DNA of 64,000 nucleotides. Source: Candidatus Omnitrophota bacterium. Lineage in GTDB: Bacteria > Omnitrophota > Gorgyraeia > Zapsychrales > Aceulaceae. The DNA is taken from NCBI GenBank assembly GCA_029564765.1, contig JAKQPK010000050.1, forward strand, positions 146,977 through 210,976. The letters run 5' to 3'. Both the position numbers and the translations under genes were made by a program. This document shows, one piece after another, positions 18,160 to 26,462 of this stretch. The notes under the pieces are model-generated. The model saw only the letters and a program-made list of their open reading frames with translations. It was not told the DNA's origin and searched no databases. The stretch's first letter is position 1, and each line of letters opens with the position of its first letter.

Positions 18160-19250
18160 AGTTTACGTGCCTGAGCGTATGCCTGCAAAGTCCCATGGAC
18201 CATTGGGTCCAGAGAAAAATTCTTGATCGCAAAAGCTTGGGCAGCGCACGCGATCTTTTTTCGCTTGTCAGGATCCTTTAAAAGATCAACGATCGCGCCT
18301 GCAAGCTGTGCCGGATTTTCTTTGTCGACTAAAACCCCTGTCTTTCCGCTTTCAATAAGGCTTGGGATCCCGCCAACGTTGGAGGCAACAACGGCAAGCC
18401 CTTGCGCTTGAGCCTCCATCACGGACAAGCCTAATCCTTCCTGCCGCGAAGGCATGACAAAAACATCGAACAAAGGCAAGAGATTATCATCGCCGTTAAT
18501 GGACGAAAAAAAATGAACGCGTCCTTCCAGAAACAATTCGCGAACAAGTTTTTTTAAGAAAGGCTCTGTTTTTCCTTGCCCGACAATAACAAGATCCGCG
18601 TCGGGGATTTGCTTAATGATCCGCGGCATGGCGCGGATAAGCACATCATGACCTTTGACATCCGACAGTCTCGCCACAATACCAATGATCATTTTTGATC
18701 TTAATCCCAAAACGTTTTTTCTTTCTTCTCTCTCTTGAGGCGTCCATTCTTTTGTGGATACATCAAGACCATGTGGCACCAGAAAGACACTATTCGGATC
18801 GCAAGAAAAATCATTGATCAAATGCTCTTTGACTTGCTGGCTGATAGCAATGGTCGCGTTCCCCCAGCAGGGAAAAATTCGACGAAAGAATCGAGGCTTA
18901 AAAAACCCATGGCACGTTGCTACATACGGGACCCGAGTAAAAAATGAAACAATTGCCGCCACAACCTGTGTTACACGTGTTTGAGCATGGATCACATCAC
19001 ACCGCCCCTGCCTCACAAGCTTAACAAGTGCTGGTATATGCGTAAAAACTTTATAGCTGACCTCTGATTTTGTGCGTATGTCTAAGCGTGTGTGAATGGC
19101 GCCGATCTTCTCAAGCTCCTGCTCTCTATCGCCGCCGCTTGTCACGACATGGACGCTGTGACCTTTCTGCGCAAGTCCTTTCGTGAGCGTCAAAATGTAG
19201 CTAGTAATACCGCCGGTATTGCAATGTGTTGCCAGGATCAATATCTTCAT
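18156..19250 (-). CDS. GT4-family (GT-B) glycosyltransferase
   Basis: Start at the internal MKILILATHCNTGG (ATGA overlap with the upstream gene). C-terminal E...E motif region (SRQEGLGLSVMEAQAQGLAVVAS). Confidence 0.85.
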   Translation of the reverse strand: MKILILATHCNTGGITSYILTLTKGLAQKGHSVHVVTSGGDREQELEKIGAIHTRLDIRTKSEVSYKVFTHIPALVKLVRQGRCDVIHAQTRVTQVVAAIVSFFTRVPYVATCHGFFKPRFFRRIFPCWGNATIAISQQVKEHLINDFSCDPNSVFLVPHGLDVSTKEWTPQEREERKNVLGLRSKMIIGIVARLSDVKGHDVLIRAMPRIIKQIPDADLVIVGQGKTEPFLKKLVRELFLEGRVHFFSSINGDDNLLPLFDVFVMPSRQEGLGLSVMEAQAQGLAVVASNVGGIPSLIESGKTGVLVDKENPAQLAGAIVDLLKDPDKRKKIACAAQAFAIKNFSLDPMVHGTLQAYAQARKL

Positions 19251-21352
19251 GTTTCCTGCTTTTTCTCGATTAAGCTCTCGATCTCCTGCAAAACCGCCTG
19301 AGGGGAGATGTTGGCCATACACACATGTGTCTTGATCGGACAATGTCCTTGATAGCACGGCGCGCAATGAGGCTTTAATGCAATGACCTTATATTTTTCC
19401 GCTGGAGGCAAATGACGAAAAGGATCCGTCGGACCGAAAAGAGCAACGAACGGCGTGCTCACCGCCGCGGCAAGATGCATAGGCGCGGAATCTGAAACAA
19501 CAAAGGCGGAGCATTGCTGAATAAGCGAAGCCATTTGCAGAACTGTTGTCTTTCCTGTAAGGTCAATAGGTTTTGCCTTGGTAAGTTTTACAACCGCTTG
19601 GGCGGCCGGCTGGTCGCTTTTTAGCCCAGTCAAGACAACGCGAATATTTTTCGCCGCCAAAAGATCACAAAGCTTCGCAATATGCTCCTTTGGCCAATTC
19701 TTGCTTGGCCAACGGGTTGAGGCGGCAATATTGATACCAACGACCGCCACCCCTTTTGCAAGCCAATAACTTTCTAAAAGTTCTCGAATATAGCGGTAAT
19801 CCTGAGACGAAGGCCAGACCTCCAGTTTAACATCTTCTTTCATGCTTATCCCGACCTTTTTTAGGACACGGAACTGATGCGGGACAGCTGGCAAGATCCC
19901 CTGATCATCTTTAATGCCTCGCGACAATAAAAATCCCCATTTCTTATTTTTATAGCCATAACGCTCAGGACAAAAACTCAAAAATGCTAACAAGTGACTT
20001 TTTCGATTATTCTGAAGATCGATCACCTTATCAAAATGATGTTTGCGCAGCGTGCGTCCAAGTCGCCAAAGACCAAGCCTTCCGTGATGCTTTCCTTTCG
20101 GATCACAGACAAGAACCTCATCCACGTAAGGGCATCTTTGCAAGAGCTCCCTGATAGATGATCCCACCAAACAAGAGATCCTCGCAAAAGGAAATTTTTC
20201 TCTTAACGCTTTCAATGATGGAGTGATCAATAACGCGTCTCCGATCGCGCTCAGCTTGATCACTAAAAGATGAACTGTTTGCAATAACTCCTGATAAACA
20301 GCCAGCGTTTGACTTGCCATGCGGTCTAAAGTGTACTCTTCTAAAAGCTTCTTTTTAGCATTAGCAACGATCGCTTTTGACAACGAAGCATCATTGAGGA
20401 TCCTAAGAATAGCCTGGGCCATCTCATCTGGCTGTCTAGGGGCTACCAAAAATCCAGTCTCCCCTTCCTCGATGATATCGACGACTCCGCCCACGCGCGT
20501 GGCGACGACGGGAACACCCGCCGCTTGCGCTTCTAAAATGACACGGCCAAATGACTCTTGCGTTACCGTTGATAGAACAAGAACGTCTACCCTTGAAAGG
20601 AGCTGAGGAATATCTTTGCGGTTACCCAGAAATTCAACGCAATTCACAAGCCCCAGCTGCTTCGTCAAGCTCAACAAGCCTTCCTTGTAAGACTCTTTTT
20701 CTGATGGAGCATCACCGATAACCCAAGCTTTCACGTATGGCATCTGTCGAACAACACGAGCCATCGCTCTTAAAAAATATTCATGCCCTTTCAAGGGGGT
20801 AATACGTCCAACGATCGCAATGACCGGATGACGCTTTGGATCTTCGTCTCTGGGAATATTGAATTTGCGCACATCAACGCTGCGTGGGATGCAGCGAATA
20901 CTTTCAAGTGGAACACCAAAATCTTCAACCATGTGATGGCCGATAACCCGACTGGGAACGATGATCAGCTTGGCCCATCCCATCACAACACTAAAAAAAT
21001 GCTTAGAATAATACCCATGACATGTCGTAATGAATGGGACCCCTGTTTTGCGGCAGGCAAAATATGCCACCCAGGCTGGCACGCGTGAACGCGCATGAAC
21101 AATATCAACTTTTTCTTGGATGATGATCCTCTGAAGTTTTTTTATGGACCAAAACATGGTCAAAAGATTTTTCTGATGGACTGGCAATGTATAATGCTTA
21201 GCGCCAGCACTTTTTAACTCTGGAACAAGGGCTCCGCCATGGGACACCACAACGGCCTCATGGCCATGTTCCGTCAAATAGCGCGCAAGGTCAATAGTGC
21301 CTGTTTCAACACCGCCCACATTAAGTTCAGGAAGGATCTGTAAAATTTTCAT
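19247..21352 (-). CDS. Bifunctional GT4 glycosyltransferase - GT9 heptosyltransferase fusion
   Basis: N half: MKILQILPELNVGGVETG...EAQAAGVPVVATRVGG (GT4). C half: LLVIKLSAIGDALL...VSDSAPMHLAAA...FGPTDP (GT9). 701 aa. Confidence 0.8.
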   Translation of the reverse strand: MKILQILPELNVGGVETGTIDLARYLTEHGHEAVVVSHGGALVPELKSAGAKHYTLPVHQKNLLTMFWSIKKLQRIIIQEKVDIVHARSRVPAWVAYFACRKTGVPFITTCHGYYSKHFFSVVMGWAKLIIVPSRVIGHHMVEDFGVPLESIRCIPRSVDVRKFNIPRDEDPKRHPVIAIVGRITPLKGHEYFLRAMARVVRQMPYVKAWVIGDAPSEKESYKEGLLSLTKQLGLVNCVEFLGNRKDIPQLLSRVDVLVLSTVTQESFGRVILEAQAAGVPVVATRVGGVVDIIEEGETGFLVAPRQPDEMAQAILRILNDASLSKAIVANAKKKLLEEYTLDRMASQTLAVYQELLQTVHLLVIKLSAIGDALLITPSLKALREKFPFARISCLVGSSIRELLQRCPYVDEVLVCDPKGKHHGRLGLWRLGRTLRKHHFDKVIDLQNNRKSHLLAFLSFCPERYGYKNKKWGFLLSRGIKDDQGILPAVPHQFRVLKKVGISMKEDVKLEVWPSSQDYRYIRELLESYWLAKGVAVVGINIAASTRWPSKNWPKEHIAKLCDLLAAKNIRVVLTGLKSDQPAAQAVVKLTKAKPIDLTGKTTVLQMASLIQQCSAFVVSDSAPMHLAAAVSTPFVALFGPTDPFRHLPPAEKYKVIALKPHCAPCYQGHCPIKTHVCMANISPQAVLQEIESLIEKKQET

Positions 21353-23295
21353 ATGATCTCTTGAGCAACTTTAAATATGTCCTCTTGCTGGTCCACTGGC
21401 TTAGTCACAAGACCTTCTTTTGCAACACGACAAACAAAATGCCCGATATCCTTGGCCTCAGAGACAAGAATATGCCCTTGAACGCTTAGCTTTTCAACGA
21501 AGACATCATGCTTACATGTGCCAAGGACACGCTTTTCTGGTTTGAAAACAATAACTTTTTTCCCGGAACTGATAGCCTCAGAAACCATTGAAATGCTATC
21601 AGAAGAAACAACTAAGATATCCGACAACCCTAAAATCCCACCTACGGCCTCAACGATGTTGTGGTGATTCGGCATAACAGAAAAGATACAACGATCAAAT
21701 CCGCGCAACGCCTCGCGGATCGTATCATCTGTTTCTCGCGATGTGCGTCGGGATGTCGTCAGCAACATCTGCCCATCCAGAGATTCAACAGCTTCTTTCA
21801 GCTGATCCATGACCATTTTTGCTAATGATGCTGGGATCGCATGGTGCTTTGATTCCCCTCCCCAAAGAACACCGACCCTTATGCCTTTGAGATGTCGCAA
21901 CGCTGGAAATTTCATCATCAACTGATCGCTCTGCGACTGAATATATTCTTGCGTGATCAAATTCGGAGCGACCTTTGTGTAAAGGACGTTCTTTTGACGC
22001 GCATAAAAAACACTTCGGTCGTGCTCAGGCAAAACAACAAGGTCAAAACGATCAAGGTCAAGGATCCCAGGCTTCTGGATAGCAATACTTTTTGCGCGAT
22101 AATCCTGTGATAAAAAATAATTTACGCCTGCCGTGGACGCCCCGCAGGAAACAACAAAATCTCCTTTGACGCTCATAACCTCTAAGAAGGATTTTCTTTG
22201 CAAGAACCATTTTAGATAGCGAAGACGCCCTTGAGACACTCGGCGATGGCTTGCGAAACTGACCCCAGAAAATACTCTTTCTCGCGCCTTACTCTTAAAT
22301 TCAATATCAATGATCTCCAGGCGGGACTGGATCGCTCGCTGAGCCAGCGCCCTTTGGATCTGGCCCGCAACAGCCAAAGATTGATGCAGGTGGCCTAGCT
22401 TACGGTCATTAAGAACAACGATCGTAGACTCTTTAGAGTATTTCCAGATCTTATAAAACCACATATACTCAGAGGGATGCTGTTTGATATTCTCTTCCAT
22501 TAGGCGAACGATCCCGGACAAACCCTGCTGAAGCCCCCCCTCCGCATCCCGAGACTTGACAAGCTCCAGCTGAGGCTTAATAACAAGTCGATGGTAGCCT
22601 TTTTCACGGATCAAGACACAAAAACAAACCGCGACATCCAACTTAAGCGCCATCCTGACGGCACCCGTCGACATAGATGCGTCACGGCCAAAAAACTTCA
22701 CCAGATTCCCGGTCTTGCCTCCTTGATCAACGACCATACCAACCATCTCATTGTCCTTCAATGTCTGAACGAACGCGCGCGTGCTAACGCCAGGATTAAG
22801 AAGGCCAGCGCCGGCTTTCTGCCGATAAGAATTAAGGAGATCATCAAGGCGAGAATAGCGCTTTTGAGGGTTCACAAGGACTTTATACGGATGGTGAAAA
22901 AGCTGAGGAATAAAATTGCACAGCTCCCAGCTGCCGAAATGCATGGCCAGAAAGATGAGACCTTTTCCTTGGGCCAATGCCCTCTCCACATGCTCTCGGC
23001 CTTCGACCTTGATATATGTTTGAGGATCAATAACGGGAAGACGCAATAACTCGATCAAATTCTGCCCGTAATTCTCAAATGTCCTACGTAAGATACGCTT
23101 GATCTCGCTGGTCTTTTTCTCGCGCGCGAAAGCGATCTTCAGGTTGGCATAAGCCAATGACCGGTGACGATGATCGAAAAGATATCCTAAAAGACCGATC
23201 ATGCGCCCCAGCCACAAGGCAACCGTTAACGGCAAACGCTGCACAATCGCCGCGAAAATCTTAACACAATAAAACAGAATCGATTCTGCGCTCAA
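21349..23295 (-). CDS. Lipid A late (lauroyl/myristoyl-type, LpxL/HtrB family) acyltransferase fused to a C-terminal GT-B-like domain of unknown function (ELM1/DUF1022-like?)
   Basis: N-terminal ~300 aa LpxL-like with HFGSWE HX4D-type motif. C-terminal ~330 aa with GVLWGGESKHH and SDSISMVSEAISSGKKVIVF, resembling the GT-B C-lobe motifs of LpxB/KdtA/GT9 proteins. 648 aa. Confidence 0.7.
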   Translation of the reverse strand: MSAESILFYCVKIFAAIVQRLPLTVALWLGRMIGLLGYLFDHRHRSLAYANLKIAFAREKKTSEIKRILRRTFENYGQNLIELLRLPVIDPQTYIKVEGREHVERALAQGKGLIFLAMHFGSWELCNFIPQLFHHPYKVLVNPQKRYSRLDDLLNSYRQKAGAGLLNPGVSTRAFVQTLKDNEMVGMVVDQGGKTGNLVKFFGRDASMSTGAVRMALKLDVAVCFCVLIREKGYHRLVIKPQLELVKSRDAEGGLQQGLSGIVRLMEENIKQHPSEYMWFYKIWKYSKESTIVVLNDRKLGHLHQSLAVAGQIQRALAQRAIQSRLEIIDIEFKSKARERVFSGVSFASHRRVSQGRLRYLKWFLQRKSFLEVMSVKGDFVVSCGASTAGVNYFLSQDYRAKSIAIQKPGILDLDRFDLVVLPEHDRSVFYARQKNVLYTKVAPNLITQEYIQSQSDQLMMKFPALRHLKGIRVGVLWGGESKHHAIPASLAKMVMDQLKEAVESLDGQMLLTTSRRTSRETDDTIREALRGFDRCIFSVMPNHHNIVEAVGGILGLSDILVVSSDSISMVSEAISSGKKVIVFKPEKRVLGTCKHDVFVEKLSVQGHILVSEAKDIGHFVCRVAKEGLVTKPVDQQEDIFKVAQEII

Positions 23296-24322
23296 GCTCT
23301 TTTTCTCCTTTAATAATTTTCATCTCTACAGCTAATGCAAACAAATCAATATGAGGCGGGACCTTGGACAGCAACCCTTCAAGCTTAACAGCATCTTTCT
23401 GAGTCGTCACAAAGATCGTTGTCTTTTTTGGGCGGTCCCGAAGCATCATCCGTTCGATATCTTCCTTCGTGTAAACATAGTGATCGAGGAATGAAAATGT
23501 TTTCTGAATGTTTGCCTTAAGATCATAAACAGTTTTCTTAAATGCTTTAGGATTGCCGATCGCGGAGAAAAGACATACATCTTTATGCGCTAAAAAGCTT
23601 GGGTCATGGCATTGCTGCGGATCTTTAAGATTGATCAACTTGATCGGCTGGTACACGGCCTCAACAAAGATCGCGTGAAAATTATTCGCTTTGATCTGCT
23701 GATAAACACGAGAGAGATTTTCTGGAGCCAGATCAACCTTTGTCAGAACGATCACATCTGCTCGCTTGAGCGCGGTTAACGGTTCTCTCAAGAACCCACG
23801 CGGCATTAAAAAACCATTGCTGAAGGCATCCGTTGTATCAATGGTCACGACATCCAGATCCCTTTTGACTTTCCAATGTTGAAACCCATCATCAAGCAGA
23901 AAAACATTAATGTCCGGATGGTCTTGCAGGGCCTTACGACTGGACAAAACCCTGTCCTTTCCCTGTTCAACCGGGATATCATGAAGCATCTGACAATACA
24001 ACGCTACCTCATCAGAAAAATGTTTTGAGGTCATGTAGCCTCTGGTCAAGATCGCCGGGCGCCGCCCTTTTTGCTGAAGCATCTTTGCTAAAAAACCCAC
24101 CAATGGCGTTTTTCCCGTTCCTCCAAGCGTCAAATTCCCAACGCTGATCGTTGGCTTAGCAAGATAACGCTGTCTTAGGATCCCCGCTTGATAGCACAAA
24201 AGAATGCACCTCGATCCCAAAAAGTAAACATATGACAAGCCACGCAAACACCCTTTTATAAAACGAGAGATCACGTCACAACGGTCCTGAACGATCAGAC
24301 CAGAAAGATATTTTTTGATCAT
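23261..24322 (-). CDS. lpxK: Tetraacyldisaccharide 4'-kinase
   Basis: ISVGNLTLGGTGKTP P-loop typical of LpxK. Start set at the internal Met (MIKKYLSG...) giving an ATGA overlap with kdtA. Confidence 0.85.
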   Translation of the reverse strand: MIKKYLSGLIVQDRCDVISRFIKGCLRGLSYVYFLGSRCILLCYQAGILRQRYLAKPTISVGNLTLGGTGKTPLVGFLAKMLQQKGRRPAILTRGYMTSKHFSDEVALYCQMLHDIPVEQGKDRVLSSRKALQDHPDINVFLLDDGFQHWKVKRDLDVVTIDTTDAFSNGFLMPRGFLREPLTALKRADVIVLTKVDLAPENLSRVYQQIKANNFHAIFVEAVYQPIKLINLKDPQQCHDPSFLAHKDVCLFSAIGNPKAFKKTVYDLKANIQKTFSFLDHYVYTKEDIERMMLRDRPKKTTIFVTTQKDAVKLEGLLSKVPPHIDLFALAVEMKIIKGEKELERRIDSVLLC

Positions 24323-25584
24323 GTGGCTCCTATAAAGGCCTTTACGAAACCAAAGGTTTTCTCCGTCGCCCCTTGATGACAAGCGATCACGCTCTGGGCT
24401 TTATCGCCCAAGGCGACACGCAAGGTGGGATCCTGAATAAGTCTTGTAATAGCCGCTTTTAGCTCGCTCTCATCTTTGACCTGGATCAATGCTTGATGGT
24501 CAACGAAGATGCGGACAATATCACGGAAATTCTCTGTGAATGGGCCAACGATGATCGGCTTCGCGCAAAGCGCGGGCTCAATGATGTTTTGCCCTCCCTT
24601 GACAGTAAGACTTTTGCCGACAAAGACAATATCCGCCGATCGATAAAGGGAGCGTAATTGGCCGATCGTGTCAACAATGACAATGGTCTGTGGTGACAAT
24701 GGGGTAGCTGATAATTGAGAAAATTTAATAGCATGAAAATCCATCTTTTGACAAAGGGACATAAGGCTTTCTGCGCGCTCTGGATGGCGAGGGACCAAGA
24801 ACAATCGTAAATGAGAAAATAGCTTCCTAAGGTCTCGCAAGATCTCCAAGATAATCTTTTCTTCTCCCGGATGTGTACTGGCCGCGATCAGCGTAATGAT
24901 CTGAGCGTTGTCTTGAGGGTCCGATGTCTTTTGCTTCTGAGGAGACAATGTGTCATCAAATTTCATATTCCCAACAGCATGGACACGCCCAGCCTCAACA
25001 CCCAAAAGCATCATGCGCTGAGCATCCAGGTCTGTTTGCATACAGCAACAAGCAAGGGCCTTGATCGCGGGTGTCAACAGTCTCTGAAAACGTCGATAAC
25101 GATAAAACGCTTTATCGGACAGGCGTCCGTTGATCTGGATGACCGGGATAGACCGCCGACACAATTCCATAAAAAGATTCGGCCAGATCTCTGTTTCTGC
25201 ATTCAAAAAGATAACAGGTTGAATAATGCGTATATATTTACGCACGATAAAGCTTAGGTCTAAAGGAGCGTACACCACAGCTTCGCCTTGAGCGATCACG
25301 GAGTGAGCCACATGAAAACCTGTCCGAGTAACGGTCGAAACAACGATCTGATGCTGAGGATATTGCGCGCGCATCTTGATCAAAAACTTCTTGATCGCCA
25401 AGACCTCTCCAACGCTCACCGCATGGACCCAAATACGCTTTTTCTCGGATGCAAGGCCGAGATCGTCAGCGGTAAAGAATCCTAGACGCGTCCAAAATCC
25501 TGAATGCCATTTTCCGCGGCAAACCAAGACCGGAATATAAACGATCGCAAAGCAAATAAAAAAAATATCATAAATGACCGCCAT
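24319..25584 (-). CDS. waaA: 3-deoxy-D-manno-octulosonic acid (Kdo) transferase
   Basis: N-terminal TM plus WVHAVSVGE motif; C-terminal GGQNIIEPA; 421 aa. Confidence 0.9.
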   Translation of the reverse strand: MAVIYDIFFICFAIVYIPVLVCRGKWHSGFWTRLGFFTADDLGLASEKKRIWVHAVSVGEVLAIKKFLIKMRAQYPQHQIVVSTVTRTGFHVAHSVIAQGEAVVYAPLDLSFIVRKYIRIIQPVIFLNAETEIWPNLFMELCRRSIPVIQINGRLSDKAFYRYRRFQRLLTPAIKALACCCMQTDLDAQRMMLLGVEAGRVHAVGNMKFDDTLSPQKQKTSDPQDNAQIITLIAASTHPGEEKIILEILRDLRKLFSHLRLFLVPRHPERAESLMSLCQKMDFHAIKFSQLSATPLSPQTIVIVDTIGQLRSLYRSADIVFVGKSLTVKGGQNIIEPALCAKPIIVGPFTENFRDIVRIFVDHQALIQVKDESELKAAITRLIQDPTLRVALGDKAQSVIACHQGATEKTFGFVKAFIGAT

Positions 25585-25587
25585 GAA

Positions 25588-26448
25588 TCACGCCCTCGGA
25601 TGTGCTTTGTTGTAAATGGTTTTTAATTTCTCCGTGGTCATATGCGTATAGATCTGTGTTGTCGATAAATTAACATGGCCCAAAAGTTCCTGCACAGCGC
25701 GCAGATCCGCTCCCGCATTCAACAGATGCGTAGCAAAAGAATGCCGCAAAGCATGGGGCGACATCTTTGATTGAATGCTAGCTTTCTCAATATACTTATT
25801 GACGATATTGCGAATGCTGCGATCGGTCAAGCGTCGTCCATGCTGATTCAGAAAGATAGCGTCTGACTGATGTGGTCGCGTATCCAGATACTTCTTTACC
25901 AGATCGAGGGCCATGTTCCCGATAGGGATCAGCCGTTCTTTCTTACCCTTTCCGGCAACCTTCACGATATTGCTGATAAAATCAATGCTCCCCTTATTCA
26001 GCGAAACAAGTTCGCTGACACGCATACCGGTACTATAAAGCGTTTCGAGGATGGCGCGATCACGCAGACTTGCCTTCTGATCAACAGGTGGCGCTTCTAA
26101 AAGCCTTACCGTATCGGCTTCTGATAGAAAATGCGGAAGCTTCTTGTCCAGCTTAGGCGTCATTAAAAGCGCCGATGGATTCTTTTTGATAAGGCCTTCC
26201 CGAAAAAGGAACTTAAACAGGCTACGCAAGGCGGAAAGTTTCCGCGCTAGCGTGCGAGGCTTCAAATTCTTGCTGCGCAAGTTTCCCAAATAACGCCTAA
26301 GATGAAAATAATCCACCCGCTCAATAGGTGTTTCCTGCAAATAGAGAAAGAATTCTTCCAGGTCGATCTTGTAGTTGAGCAACGTATGCTTGGAGTAATT
26401 CTTTTCAATATCCAGATACGATATAAACTTTTCAACGTATCGGTTCAT
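25588..26448 (-). CDS. xerC: Tyrosine site-specific recombinase, XerC/XerD type
   Basis: C-terminal HALRHSFAT...LGHVNLSTTQIYTHM; 286 aa. Confidence 0.9.
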   Translation of the reverse strand: MNRYVEKFISYLDIEKNYSKHTLLNYKIDLEEFFLYLQETPIERVDYFHLRRYLGNLRSKNLKPRTLARKLSALRSLFKFLFREGLIKKNPSALLMTPKLDKKLPHFLSEADTVRLLEAPPVDQKASLRDRAILETLYSTGMRVSELVSLNKGSIDFISNIVKVAGKGKKERLIPIGNMALDLVKKYLDTRPHQSDAIFLNQHGRRLTDRSIRNIVNKYIEKASIQSKMSPHALRHSFATHLLNAGADLRAVQELLGHVNLSTTQIYTHMTTEKLKTIYNKAHPRA

Positions 26449-26462
26449 AAGTGCGTGATCTG

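Noticed and set aside
25588-26448. xerC-type tyrosine recombinase as a marker of a mobile element or island
   Set aside because: It is a single recombinase wedged between topA and kdtA with 3-14 nt gaps. No excisionase, att-like direct repeats or cargo surround it, and neighbouring composition is uniform. It is most likely the chromosomal dimer-resolution XerC/D.
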